A stretch of DNA of 64,000 nucleotides from Lepidodermella squamata (GCA_047495785.1 JBLDXI010000056.1:310001-374000); one strand, 5' to 3'. Positions 26,471-40,475 are shown, counted from the first letter of the stretch. Notes: generated by a model from the sequence alone, not told the origin. Numbers and translations: made by a program.

Positions 26471-28291
26471 ATGACCGCAACACAGACGCCGGCGATCGTC
26501 ATCGACAACGGCACAGGCTACACGAAACTGGGCTACGCCGGCAACACGGTGCCGAACTTCATCATCCCATCCGCGATTGCCGTGCGCGAGTCGGCGAAAC
26601 TCGGCGACAACTCGTCGTCGCAGCGCGTCGGCCGCGGCGGCATCGACGACCTCGACTTCTACATCGGCGACGAGGCGACGGGCCCGGACGCGGTCGGCTA
26701 CTCGGTGCGCTGGCCCGTGCGCCACGGCGTCATCGACGACTGGGACCTGATGGAGAAGTTCTGGGAACAGTCCATTTTCAAGTACCTCCGCGCCGACCCG
26801 GAGGAGCACTACTTCCTGCTGACCGAGCCGCCGCTGAACCCGCCGGAAAACCGAGAATACACCGCCGAGATCATGTTCGAGTCATTCAACGTCCCGGGCT
26901 TGTACATTGTCGTCCAGGCTGTGTTAGCCCTGTGCGCGTCCTGGACGGATCAGAAGGTGGAGCGGACCCTGACCGGGTGTGTCATCGACTCTGGGGACGG
27001 CGTGACGCACGTGATCCCGGTTGCGGATGGCTATGCGATCGGGTCCTGCATCAAGCACATTCCGATTGCTGGGCGCGATATTACGTATTTCATCCAGCAG
27101 CTGTTGCGAGACCGCGAGCCGACCATTCCGCCGGAGCAGTCGCTGGAAACGGCGAAGCAGATCAAAGAGCAGATGTGCTATGTTTGCCCGGATATTGCGA
27201 AGGAGTTCGACAAGTACGACTCGAAGCCCGATAAGTGGCTAAAAGTTTTCAAAGGTACGCTTTTTTCTATGTACAAAAAACTGAACTCAAAAGTCTACAG
27301 AAATGCGCTACCCATAAGCTCCGCAATTATTTTTTGATATATCAACTTTCTTCTCGCATTTTATTTCTTTTTCCCGGAAATTGAAGCTACAAAGGGCATT
27401 CGTCATCCTTAATCCGCGTAAAAAGCGTAACATTAATCATAGAAAACCAGGAAAAACCCGCTAGTGGCAGGTTGGAACAAATTTCACCGGAGTTTTGTGA
27501 TTCCACGAAATTTCCATTGAGGGCTCTTTAAGGCTCTTTCACTTGGGCTCATGTCTAAATAAAATGCCTCTTTTACGTGTCCGAAATTGGCAAATTTGGC
27601 TCCAAGGTTTAGCTAGTGGGTTATAGGTTTTAGGCATTGAGCAACAATTTGGGCGACAGACGTGAGAATCGAGGAACTTAATTGTGCACTGTTCCAGGTC
27701 GCGTTGCGCAATTGAGCAAATAGTCTAAACACAGATTGACTAATTTTTTTATTTGTTTCCTACTGAAAATTTGAGAAATCTAATTTTGTTGTTTTTCCTG
27801 TAGGCCTGAATGCGGTGACGAAAGCCGGCTTCCAGGTGGACGTGGGCTACGAGCGGTTCCTCGGGCCGGAGGTGTTCTTCCACCCGGAGTTCGCGAACCC
27901 CGACTTCGTGACGCCGCTGCCGGAGGTCGTCGACAACGTCATCCAGGAGTGCCCGATCGACGTGCGACGAGCCTTGTACAAAAACATCGTCCTATCGGGT
28001 GGGTCGACGATGTTCAAGGACTTCGGGCGGCGGCTGCAGCGCGACATAAAGGTGACGGTGGACGGGCGGCTGCGCGCGGCCGAGGAGCTGTCGGGCGGGC
28101 AGCTGAAGCCGCAGGCTGTCGACGTGCAGGTGGTGTCGCACCCGCTGCAGCGCTACGCCGTGTGGTTCGGCGGCTCGATGCTGGCGACGTGTCCGCAGTT
28201 CCACGCGCAGTGCCACACGAAGCGCGACTACGAGGAGATCGGGCCGTCGATCGCGCGACACAACCCCATTTTCGGCATGCTGTTCACTTGA
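26471..28291 (+). CDS. ACTR3: Actin-related protein 3, 423 aa; exons 26471-27254, 27804-28291
   Basis: [68 protein letters not shown]. Confidence 0.99.
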
Positions 28292-28623
28292 AGCCGGTGC
28301 TAATACGTATACGCAATACATACGTCTTCTTCTACGTCTCTGTTCGTCTTTTTATCGCAATATATTTAACGTAAGTAGTAGCTTGCAGATTCAGGCTTTT
28401 TTCTACGATTCGCAATGCTCTAGAAAGTATTTAAGGTTTTCCCCCAGATGAGCAACGACCATTAGCATTATTATAGGAAGCAACACTTATTTATAGAATT
28501 AGCAACAACAATTTCAACTATTTTTTGGATTTTTTAAATCATTTTTCACGTATTCACGGCGAAGAAGTCCGAGGGCCCGGAAGCGTCGATCGTTGGGCAG
28601 CTTGACAGTTGCGCTTTTCTCGC

Positions 28624-28992
28624 TTAAATTAACCCGGCTTTGATTGTCTCGAGTAACTTTTCGTAGGGGTTCTCTGACTTTGAGGTCAGCAGAGCGAAGA
28701 TACCTAGCAACAAAAGCTGCTCGTTTTCGCTGGTTCCTATAGCTGAGTGGACAATGTTGGAATATCCGATTTTGTAAGTACCATCGGCAAAAATTTTCCG
28801 AACAGAAAGTGCCATATAGTGAGTGATCACCGGTGAACTAAACTGCATAGGCGGTTTTTTGCCTCTCTTGAGGACAATTTCCTCGTTGCTGCCTGATTTA
28901 AAAACAGACACCTTGGCAATCCACATCGCCACCAGCGCCTTGTGTCCAAAAAAACCGAACCGAAAGTCGATTTGCTTAGTCGAGGACATCAT
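28624..28992 (-). CDS. Hypothetical 122-aa ORF
   Basis: ATG-initiated with protein-like composition and not overlapping another gene; no motif recognised. Confidence 0.25.
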   Translation of the reverse strand: MMSSTKQIDFRFGFFGHKALVAMWIAKVSVFKSGSNEEIVLKRGKKPPMQFSSPVITHYMALSVRKIFADGTYKIGYSNIVHSAIGTSENEQLLLLGIFALLTSKSENPYEKLLETIKAGLI

Positions 28993-29383
28993 CTATATTC
29001 GTACTGTCGTTATGTACCATCAACGCTTTTTTCATGGAAACCTGACATGAAAGGTAGCTATTGTTCGGCGTGTTCTGCCACCAAACACCAAACTTATTCT
29101 TTTTAACGCAAAACACTACAGTCAGCCCCTGCTATAGCGCAATTTCAGGGGATACAAGGAAAAGTTGCGCGTAGGCGAAACTTGCGTTAAAGCGAATAAA
29201 GTGCCGGAATTCGGAATTTTATTACTATATAGCAATTTTTTCTAGTTTGAGATGATATCAGTGATCTTTTTGCGGTTTTATTTTGTCAAAATCGACTGAG
29301 TATCGTCCAGGAGCTTCAGTGCCATTAGCACCATTTCCCACACACTAATAGCTCGACTTCAGCTTGCGATTAGCTTGACCTTG

Positions 29384-29563
29384 TTAGTAGGTATAGCTCA
29401 GTACCTGAGCTATTTCGCGCGCTCCTTCGATCAACATCTCCGAAACGGGGCAGTTCTTGGCGTTATGTTCTTTCAGGTATTTCAACAGACGTTCATCTAA
29501 CAGAGGATATTTGCCGTCAACTATTCTAGTTCGTTCCGTTCGTCGCCCCTCTTCGACCACCTT
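29384..29563 (-). pseudogene. pogo/Tigger (CENP-B-type HTH) transposase fragment
   Basis: RTRIVDGKYPLLDERLLKYLKEHNAKNCPVSEMLIEGAREIAQVL, then a stop; fits the Tc5/CENP-B HTH pattern. Confidence 0.7.
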
Positions 29564-30299
29564 TTAATTGAAAATTAATGATAGGAAAGAGGAAATAATG
29601 TTTGATGGCCCAAACGATGGGAAAAATTTCTGGTAAAAATGATACCACTTGCATTATGACCCTAATTTTAGGCATTTTTCGAAGAATAGTATATTGAGAA
29701 TTAAAAATATTTCAATTCCATTCTGATGTCATTTTTCTTTTTTTCCAGGTGCCTTTGTCGATTGCTGCTTGTTAGCAATTTAAAAATCATCGCCTAGCTG
29801 CCGATTGCCTGTGTTTTTTGTAAAAAATGCTGATAAATAATGCTTCCAATGATCGACAAATCGAATCGAAAGATGTGTAATTTGTATCGCTTTTCCTGTG
29901 TCCAGTCTTCGGATGAGCTGCTGATACGTTCGGATGCAATTTCCAAAAGGGCTGCGACGACTCGATTGCTTTCTATACGTAAAATATGTTATCAGCTGCT
30001 AATCTTATTATTATATTATATTATTATTATTATTGTCTTGTGTACGCGAGTCGAGCCGACGAAATCGACAGAACAATAAAAATACCAACGAATGAAACTT
30101 TTATGTCTTGTTGGAAATATTTGGGGATTTTATGTTGAGAATTACACGAGTATTCAGCCTGCGAGGTTACTCGAAAGAGAGGGCGACATTATAATGAGTA
30201 ATGAAAGAGGTCGCGCAGCGAAAAATAGTTTCTCCGTGGGCTCATTTTGTCACGGAACAGTGGAAGTAAAAAATCGAACAAATTCGCTGCTTATCACTA

Positions 30300-30880
30300 T
30301 CACTTTAATGGGAGCCGGATCTCATATAAAATGCAGGTATTTGCGCATTACCATGCCAAAAGCTAAAACTGTGGCATATTACTCCAGACCATTGGATACA
30401 GAATCCGATATAGATGTGATACTGATACTGATTTTATTACATTTCGTCTGTCAACATTTAGCAATAGGTAATGTGCCTAGCTCTAGTTAGGACTAGTTGA
30501 GGACTTGAATGCCGAAGATTTGCACCGCACAACGCCGTTGCATTCGGCAGTTGAGGGTGCACACACTGAAACGACATGACAGTGAATTCTGTCGGTGCCA
30601 ATCTTAATGCTGCAGGCTACAGGCCTAAATGGTCGGACAGCTTTTCGCAGCCAAATTTTGATAACCAGGTAATGATTTCTTGTTTCTCAGATCCGATCGA
30701 CATCCGGCGATGTCAAAGCGAGATTTATAGTGTTGACGTCGGGGATGATGATGGGACTACGCCACTCCACATAGGTGCAACTTACGACCATCGAAAAACG
30801 ACGCAGCGCGGATGCGACATTGAGTTGAAAGGCGAAAATCAGTCTTCGCACTAATGACGTCATTCAAGGGACACCACTCA
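30300..30880 (+). pseudogene. Decayed ankyrin-repeat gene fragments
   Basis: DLNAEDLHRTTPLHSAVEGAHTET and DVGDDDGTTPLHIGATYDH lie in broken frames with stops. Confidence 0.7.
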
Positions 30881-31436
30881 CCACTCGGCTGTCGACATCC
30901 TTCTGAACTGTGGTGTTTTTCTCAATAAACTATCATGAGACGTTCTCATGGATAATTAGTAATAACTTCATCATTTTCAGTCGATTAAATCGTTATCATA
31001 GGTTGACTGCTTGTTCTAGAGTTGTCGATGCGATTTTATATACGCCCAGATTTGCAAAAAAGCCGCTCATTGCTAATCTGCTTAATTCGGAGATTTTTGT
31101 AGCATTTATTCCGAACCTAAACAATAATCCTGTTTATTAAAACTATCATCTCGGTGCGAGCATGGATAAAGACGCAGCATTATCGCGATTAATATATAAC
31201 CAGAGATTATCGATCGGGAGAATCAAGTAGTGCGATGGCAAATCATCTTTGCAAAAAATCTCTTCAATAAGCTAATTGAAGGGCGACGCGTACCGACGTA
31301 GAATTACAGGTGAGATGTGCATGTGACATCGACCGGAACGTGACTGCAAATTGAAATTTCCTCCTCGCCAGTAGAATTCATTACGATGCGTGATGAGTGC
31401 TGTGATATGTTTTTTAAACTATAAATCAGCTCATTC

Positions 31437-32289
31437 ATGGCAGCAATGAATTTCCGAATAAAAAACGCAACAGACATCACCGGTATAGAATGGACGACGC
31501 AATCCAGTGAAGATACCGAGTCAATTGGCCTTATGAAAATAATCCTACCCATCGTCGCTGGCTTCGCCATTTTCTGCGGTATATCCATCTTGCTATAGAA
31601 GCTCTTAAACCTCTATAAATATGCCTTTTAAACAGTTCTCTTTATCGCTGGACTCTGTTCCAGGACTCTGATGAGAAGTGTATCTTTCGAGAATGAGGCC
31701 GGCAATGACAGCAACATTCTTATGGCAGACGAATGCAACGAGCCATTGAACAAACTTAAATCAAACTATCCGCAATCCCTTGCGGTAAAAATTCGCAATT
31801 TTGTTAATATTATATGCACATTTTTTCAAAAGGCTCCTGTCATAACGGTAACTTCGGCTACGAGTGATCATGAACGGCTTTGTTCGCCCCCAGCGAAAAC
31901 CCGAGCAATGTCAGTCTCAGGTTTGGATGAATAAGCGATTTTCCCTATTATTTATTGAAACCTTGGCATATCTTTAGGTCAAGGCGATGCTACAATGAGG
32001 CTTAGGGAATGTATATCCTTAGCAGCCTTGCCCACGTCGTCGAATTCCTATGAACCAGCGTCTGACATCAAGGAGGAAACATCTTACAAAGACGAGGACT
32101 TTCTGACCACTGTTACGATCAAACGTCCACAAACGCCGGGCGATACGAATTCCGGCAAGACGAACACTGTAGTTTTGTAAGTTGTTTCAAAATGTTCTGA
32201 CAGCACTGTTTATAAGATAATTGCATTATAGGTCTCTGGATGTCGCAAACAATTTGCTGCGATCAGCATCGGATGCTGTCTACCGGTGA
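31437..32289 (+). CDS. Orphan single-pass membrane protein, about 211 aa; exons 31437-31578, 31636-31784, 31833-31920, 31978-32176, 32232-32289
   Basis: Four 48-57-nt GT-AG introns keep one frame (636 nt); splicing completes the hydrophobic helix IILPIVAGFAIFCVLFIAGLC. Confidence 0.65.
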
Positions 32290-32933
32290 AAGTTTATTCC
32301 GTCTTGTTTTTATTGACGATATTCATGTTGCGAAAACATCATCATGTTGTACACACGCCATATCCGTATAAATATTATTATTCATTTGTAATAAATTCAA
32401 TATTTGTTCAGCGAAAATGGGGCCGTATTTTTTGAAAACATGAATCTCCGCGAAAAGTGAGGTTGGGAATTTGTGAAAAAATAACAGGAATAAACTTCGA
32501 AATGCGAATCAGAACACTTCTCTTATAGTTTATAGTCTGATGATTACGAACTGAGGATTCCAGCTTGTTTCAGCTGGTCTAATTCAGGGTATTTATACAA
32601 GTTCTCTGATTTTCACCGTAATTCACCGTAATTCAAGTCTTCTATTTGCTTTATAAGATCATAAACCTCTAAAATGAAACTTAATTTTTAGCGACACCAG
32701 GTCATATGTTGTTTGTTGATTAGGCGCGAGCGCCCGTCAATCGTGTTGTCACAAAGCGCACTTTCACGTTGCGTGTCACCAGACGCAAAGTTACAGGCGC
32801 ATCTTTCTCTAATTGCATACATAGATTACATGTTTGCTCAAAGCGATAGACAATGCAACGCGCATCTGATGACAATGAATCTAACGCCTTAAATGTCTTT
32901 GAGACATCAGACTTCTTTTCCTTGTAATGTAGA

Positions 32934-35090
32934 ATGATTACATTTGATCAATTCATCATTTTTGCGTTGCTGGCAAAAATTATCGATCTTGCACACGGAT
33001 CAGCGCCTAATCCGAATTCGCGGAATCCGCCGTTGAAGGAACGCAGCTGCCTTTCGGATGTCTATTTCGTCATCGACTCCTCGGCTGCAATAGGTAAAAT
33101 TTGAACATTTAATTAGCCAGCCTAAACCCGCACATAAAATAAATTAGCCTAGGAAGTTGATGTACACTTTGATGTGAAATTCGCCTCATTAAAAAACACG
33201 GAAAGCAAACGGCAAAGAATACATTAGGAAGATGGGGGAAAAAACCTCGTAAGAGATAAAGAAACAACAGATTCGGTAGGAATACATATTATCAAAATTC
33301 GTTGGACTTGACTTCAAAATAAGGCGCGTTAGGGTATAAGGTCTAAGGTCAAGCTTATACTTTGTTACGGGGATCCTTCTCGATCCTTGCGCTGTATATA
33401 ACCTGAGTTTATTAATCAGGTCCTGCTAGGTTTCACAAAATGCGTCATTTCGTGTCCGATGTCGCCAATGAAATGTGGAAAGCCGGCTACTACTCAACCC
33501 GTTTTGGTGCGATCCGTTACGGAGGAGTCGCCGGAGCTGAGATAACGCTCGGCCTCACTAGCATCGACCAACGAAAATCAATCATCAACGGACTCGCTAA
33601 AACATTTTACACAGGTATGACCTATGACCTATTCATCAACCAATATCAAATACCTTATAACTTGCGTTTTATGTATGCTAGGAGGTAAAGCGACCAAGCT
33701 CGATAAAGCCTTCCATACCTTCAGCCAACAGGGCCAGCATTTCACGAAGGGAAACCGCGACCTAGTCCGTGATGTTCTCTTCGTGGTCACTGATGCCGAT
33801 AGCCATCATCATATGAGCCCGCACCACGCAGAGGGTGACAAGGGCGAAGAAACATTGAAAACTGCGAAACATCTTAAACAAAGCGGAGTCGGAATCATAG
33901 TCCTAAGTCTTGCCTCGCCCTTGAACAACGCGACGAATAAGGCCCCTGTAAAACATATTCCGAAAAGCGGCAACATCCCAGCACCAGAGCCTTTGTACCA
34001 GACATATCAAAACGACGATTTGACTGATGCTAAAAAGCCGCATGTTTTCGAAAAAGTCGCCTCGTCAAAGCATTACTACTGGCAGTTGGATAACATAGAC
34101 GAACAATTACGGCCCTTCCTTGACACGGCGATTCTAATGATTTGCCAGATGAGCGATCACGAAGATGCGAACAACAACACTTATTTGTCGCCGGAAGCTT
34201 TTAAAGGCCTTACAAAGAGATTGACGAGTAGTAAGGTTGACGATGAAGAGGACTTTTCTTACAAGCAGTATGCCGGTCGTGAGGCTGTGACTCAGAAGAC
34301 CAGTCAGATCGTCTTATTCATCCCTCCGTTATTCGGGAAGCGGTACTTTTCGTTGCATAAAGCGATTCAGGAACAGCAAGAGCAGCAAAAGAAGAATATG
34401 ATGAATAGAAAACTTATTCCTTTCAATTATGCTGTTAAACCCCAGCGTAATGTGACGAGGGGCAACTCGTCATTGTCGCTAAGGCCTTACTTTGGGCTGC
34501 CAAGACCTATATCACAAAGACCTGTTCCACACAAAATACCGAAAGCCGCTGATGCTCGACTTGTCTTCCCAGCTGAGGCCTTTACGGCACCTCGGATGCA
34601 AGATTTCAACGAAACTTTGAATTCAACAATAGCTCCAACGACTAATTTGACTAATTTGACGACTAACTGGACGACCCCTGCTTTAAATACTACGACTGAA
34701 ATGCCTCTTACGACTTCAAATTTAAGTCTCTCTGTTGTATCTGTATCTGCAGATGAAGCTGTAGTTCCGACTAACGTATCTTCAACGACTTTGAATTCCA
34801 CATCGAGCCCAAATGTAACTATTGCCACGACAGAGCTGCCGATTTTAAACTCAACAAATGGTTCTCTGTTTGAGCTAATAGATCAGACAAATGACACAAG
34901 AGTTGATCTAGCCCGGCGGGTTCTTAACGACGACGGTATGACGGAGCGTTTTGATGAGATCAAGTTCTTTTCCATTATGCCCCATCCTATTTTGTTGTCA
35001 TTCGGCGAGATGTTGTCTTCTTTCGACGAGCTGATGGCTAATGGAAGTGGAATTGGAAGTGGTCTCAATGCTAGTGTTGTAGAGCAGTAA
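32934..35090 (+). CDS. Secreted vWA-domain protein with mucin-like, N-glycosylation-rich tail, about 587 aa; exons 32934-33093, 33420-33614, 33682-35090
   Basis: Signal-like N-terminus; DVYFVIDSSAAIG, RFGAIRY, YTGGKAT, VLFVVTD, AKHLKQSGVGIIVL; T/N/S-rich C-terminus. Confidence 0.85.
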
Positions 35091-35670
35091 CAGCTCTATC
35101 GTTTAGTCAAAAGTTTGCCCGTTATGAACCCTTTCGTTTGTGCAATCGATCGTGAGTGTTCTTCCGAACCTTCCTAGCGCGTCAAGTATTATTACAGAAC
35201 ATAATAAATTATAGGCCATGTAACCTCGAAGGCATAGTTCAATGGCGATGATTTTTTAAACAACCACAGGCCTAACTTTCTGCGCTAATTGTTGAATTTT
35301 CATAAATAAAATGGTCTGTTAATCACATGGAAGTTTTTTCAACCCGGGTCTTATTGTGAAATAAGGAATATAAAGCAGCCATCCATTATGGCTGCCCACG
35401 GTTGGAGAAATAATTCTCTATAAGTATTCTTTATAGTCAGGAAAAGAATAAAGCCAGCAAAAAATTGCTCGTATGTCATTCTGGCCTAGTTGTGTCATGT
35501 GACGCACGTCGCATGGGTAGTTTTTACAAAAACCTATGAAACAAAAAAATGAACACGCGACGCCATCTCAGTGCTGCGCATTTATTCCATTTTTATCCCA
35601 GAAAATTCTCTAGGCCAATAAATAAAGCTGTTGTAAACGTCTCACACATCTTAGGATTGTAACGGTTATT

Positions 35671-36935
35671 ATGGCCACGCAGCGAGTTGCATTGATTTTA
35701 GGAAGCACTGGAGTTGTAGGCTCGGCTTTAATCAAAACACTTCTTGTTAATGCTGGCCCTGGGAAAACTTGGTCTGAAATCGCTGGATCATCACGCGAGG
35801 TAGTTCCGCCTCACGAAGTCGCCCGTTACGGCGACAGCAAAGTTCTTCACTTCGTTAAGGCTGATATTGGAATATCCGATGTTGAAAAGTTGGCAAATCA
35901 GTTTGGGCAAGACTTGCTGAACCGTACAACGCATTTGTTTTTCTGTGTTTGGATCCCTAAAGAACCAGGTTCCGACGAGGAGTACAACATCAACTGCGCC
36001 CTTTTGGAGAACATTATCGCAGCTGTGAAATTCGCCCGAGCTAAAGCTGGTATCACAACTTTACCCCGATTACTTCTAATGGAAGGTACTAAAAGCTACG
36101 GAAGTCAACTCGGTCCAGCCATCTTCAAGGACTACAAGGCGCCATACGATGAAGATGACTACGTTCGTCACCCAACGCCGAAGAATTTCTACTTCGGTTA
36201 TGAAGATTTTCTGCTCAAAGAGCAGTACCCTGAATGGATCGCCCTGCGCCCAGACATCATCATCGGCCCTTCCGTCTTGCGAAATTCTTTTTACAACGTT
36301 GGCACGGCTTACGGGGTTCTTCTCGCCCTGCTGAAAACCATGAATCGTAAAATGGTTTTTCACGATAGTTCTGATAAGACTGGTGTTCTGGATTCTATCG
36401 ACGGTTCGGTAAGTTTCAATGGCTCAATTTCCTCGTGAACAATTATTCATGTTGACATCAGGTTGACTCTTGCATTGTTGCTGATCAACTTGAATGGGCA
36501 GCCCTGCTGCCAACCGAAAAGCTGCACAGTAAGGAAATGAAAGACAAGTACGGCGTTCCGGGGTTGAACTGTGCTAACGGCACAACCTTCAAATGGCGTG
36601 ACATGATACCAAAGTTGGCAGAGAAATTCGGCATGGAATACTCTTTGGATGAGCCGTTTGACGTGTTGGCGTTTGTCGCTGATCCGGCGACAAAGGAACA
36701 ATGGGCTAAGTTAGTTGATCAGTATGGTCTGGTGCTGCCTCGAGATCTTGCTGATGTTTGCTACTGGCCTGTTCTGGTGTTTGCGTGGTCGCGAAACTTC
36801 AACCGCGAGTCGTTGATGAGAAAGGTTCACCATTTTGGGTTTACGAAAACGCTCGGTGCCGAGGAAATGTTCACGAATCTGATCCGTGACCTTCAAAATC
36901 TCAAGGCTATTCCACCAATTTTGATCAAGTCTTGA
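35671..36935 (+). CDS. PRISE-family (progesterone 5-beta-reductase/iridoid synthase-like) atypical SDR, 403 aa; exons 35671-36408, 36462-36935
   Basis: GSTGVVG, THLFF, EGTKSYG, NFYFGYED, WIALRPDIIIG, DSCIVADQLEWAA, NCANG..FKWRDM, KVHHFGF. Confidence 0.85.
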
Positions 36936-37374
36936 TTCCTTGATGGCCGGGTTAACAAACAAATCGATTCTAACGAGCGATCTGACTTTATAATTGATAA
37001 TTGATAATTGACTGAATAAGAAATTGACCTCTGTGTTAATGTCCTAGTGTTTCGGTTAATTTAAAAATCATATCTTCGCGGTTAAAATAAAATTTTGACT
37101 GTTGTGGATTATGATTGAAGCCTTGTCGCTTTTCGATTCACCTGATGAAATCGGTACGCTTAAACATTGTGAACAAAAAGAGTGAATGATGTTGATTCAT
37201 AACAATATTATATATTATTTATTTTCATTTCGTAGGCAATATCACAATGTTAAGTTTGACAGTATAAATGTGAAAATTATTCAAGGAATGAGATCGGCAA
37301 TTGAGATGAGTTCACAAAAGTTGAGCAATCAGTGCGATAATAATCTCAAAAAATGCATGGAAAACACTATCATT

Positions 37375-39344
37375 TTAGCTACTGATTTCCAGCTGATCAA
37401 TAGCAGGCGTATCCTTTTCGGCAACCAGCATCAAACTTTGCGGAAGACTCCCGCCAGCTCCAGCACGGCCGCTAATCAGTCGCCGGTACTCCTCCTCCTC
37501 ACGGCTTGTTTCTATGTCAAGCCTCGCCCACCACGGCCCAGACAGCACATCAACAGTCTGTTTGTGCTCTAAAGCCGCTCTCGTTCTTACCGGCTTCGAT
37601 GCACACGCAAGTCGCGCCGCATCTTCCAGGGTGGAAGCCTCCAAAACTGGGCAAGTCTCGCGCATAGTTGCAATATCAGTCTCAACACGCGCCATTCCCG
37701 TTGAACACTCGTGCATACATCGTCTTGTATCTAACATCCTTTTATAATGCGCTGCCAGTGCTTCTTGGCCCCGCTCATGTAAAATTCCCAGCCGTTCTTT
37801 ACCCCAAGTTTGATGCGGATGGCGAGATTTAAAGTCGAGAATACGCCGCTGGATTTCCAACTCTAGTTCCTGTCGACGAGCTGGCGTCAACTCAGGCACG
37901 ACGTCCAACGTTTTCCTGACAGCTAACAGCGGGTCTATCAGGCGCTTAGCTCTTATTTTGTAACGTTTGTACGATCTCTGAATCTGTTTCGCAGCTCTAT
38001 CCCGCTTTTCTGCCTCACTGGCTACGTCATAATGTTTACGGGCTTGGTGGCCTCGCCAGGCTGCTTGAATTCTAGCAGCGGCTGATTGCTCTAATTGGCG
38101 CAAAAAGCCTGGAAATTGCTCGGCTGGAGTAGCCAACATCTGTTTCAGCAATGTCTGTCTACCCCGGCGAACTCGCTGCTTTCGAGCGACAAACAGATGA
38201 AAATGTGAAGTTTCATCTTGTTCTTTACGAACTCGAGCCTCAAGATCACGCTTCTTTCTTTCACGCCAACGGGCTTGTAACTTAGCAAATGCGTTATTTA
38301 CGGCTTTCAACCGTTTTCGAGCGAGATAACTGCGAATATACGATTGGATCAGCAGTGTGGCTGCAAGATGTGCATTCATGCCCCGTCTGGCTGCTTTCGC
38401 CGGGTCACGCGCGTCGACCAACCTGTAAAAATCTTTCAATTCCTCATCACGCAACTTTAGCCGTTCCGTCCAGTTATCAGCAATCATTTCTTTGACACCC
38501 TTGAATTTCGCGTTTATCAAACTGGCGTAACGTGGGTCGAATTCTACGACATGTTTTAGAGTGGATAAACAGTCCCGGCTGCATGTTGGGCTGCTACTTG
38601 TCGCCAGTTTAAACAGCAACTCTTCGACAAGTTCAGTCGCGTCGATTTCCGACGGGCTCAACGGGCTGGGTGATGCGTAAATTTGGCCTAAAAACCCGAC
38701 AGCCAACGACGCGACATCGTCCAATTCAGACATGAGCAACTGGCCTAGATTGGCTGATCTAACCACCGCCCCTGCTAACCCTGGGTATGCGTTGATTAAA
38801 CTCAATGTATCCGCCAGCATTTCCTTCACGCCGCGTAAAACGTAGATTTTTTCCGTGGCCGTGGCTGGAACGGCTGTTTCGCCGTGCAGCCCAGCGTAGC
38901 GCGTTGCAGCGTTTCTCGCGCATTCTAACACGGCTTCAGCGCTCATCCTCAGCAGCGTCTCCGAACCTTTTGCATCTCGGCAGAATTCAAGCCTGCCTTG
39001 ATCGCTGGTGAAGCAGCGAGTTAGCAGGCCAACTAATTGGGCCGCTGTGGTCCAGCCGTCGGGTGGGACGGCGGTGAAGTCCATTTTCAGTACAACTGCG
39101 ATGACATCGACGAGTTTGAGGGTCCAAATGTCGTGGATTATACTGTTCAGCTGGTCGCCTTGAGGAGCGACCGAGTCGATCAATTCTGAAAATGGGATTA
39201 GAAAGAGGTATGGAAACAGATTTAAACAGAGAAAATGCGATTTTCCAACTCACTTTTCAATTGAATAAGCAAAGCCGGAAGACGGCGATTTGTGGTGGAC
39301 CCATCCGTGATTTGCTCGGCCACCTGGGCCACTTCACTCGCCAT
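37375..39344 (-). CDS. IQCB1: IQ calmodulin-binding motif protein 1 (NPHP5), about 633 aa; exons 39344-39254, 39185-37375
   Basis: IQ motifs IQSYIRSYLARK, IQAAWRGHQARK, IQRSYKRY; ELTPARR; C-terminal PVRTRAALEH..PWWARL. Confidence 0.88.
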
Positions 39345-40475
39345 CACTAATCTCAACAAAAAATGTATCCTAAAAATAAATAAATTATAGAAAAAATCCG
39401 ATAAAATACTATGCTTTTGGATTGTTGCTTTTTCCTCCATAATTTTTTTGTCAACATCCATCATTCCATCGCATCCGAAACCGACAACCGAGCACAATCA
39501 GATTATAATATTAGACGACGCAGCTCGTTGGAGGTTAACCAGATATTAATAAGCCCGATAAATATTTTAACATTTAATTTCAATTTTTTTCATACCGAAA
39601 TAAGAATAACATACATTTGTTGTTTGAATAGCAGAAGAGCCGCAAAAACACCGATTTTAAATGTTTTCAGGTCAAAAACCGACTTGTCACTCGCGCGAAT
39701 GTAATATTTTAGTAGTAATGAGACAAATTATATCGCAGAAAAGACAAGCCATTCGTATATAACAGGACTAATAAGCCATCATTAACTAGACAACGAAAAA
39801 ATCCTGAAATTTCCAGAATTTTCTGACAAGAGTTGAATCCCTTAGAAAAACACAATCGCCCCTTAACAAAATAATTTTTAGTGATTACAATAATTTCTCA
39901 TAATAATAATGTAATACCAAGTGTCCTCGTAAATAAGAGGTCGCGTAATTATTGCTAGAAAGACGCGCGACCACTTCGTGTGAAGAACAACCATTTTTTA
40001 GCGAGAAAAACTGTCAGAAGACGCGTTTTTGGACATGCAATATTTTATATTGTTTACGTGTATAACAAATATCATTTTTTTCTGTTAATAGAATGGCCAC
40101 TGGAAACTCAACAATTGGCAGACAAATTACGCTATTTTTCCTTCTCCTCAGAAGTTTACATTTTGGTTTACATGTTATGGTTGATTTTGCGGTAGAGAAG
40201 ACGCAGAAGATAGGGGATTTCAAATTATTTTCATTATCACATGAAATAGCAATTTTTTTACACACGAGAGGGACAGTCAGCAGATTGAGAGATAGCGAGA
40301 GAAGGAATCGAGAAATTACGTGTTCGAAAAATCTCAAAATTCAACTGCACATCCAAGTCCCCGAAAAAATGTCTGAAAATTTGGAAATTTCAAGTTTCAA
40401 TTTTTTTTAATTTGAACTTCTCCAAACACGCAATTTCTCGTGAAAACTGGCCTCAATAAGATACTACTGTAGAGT

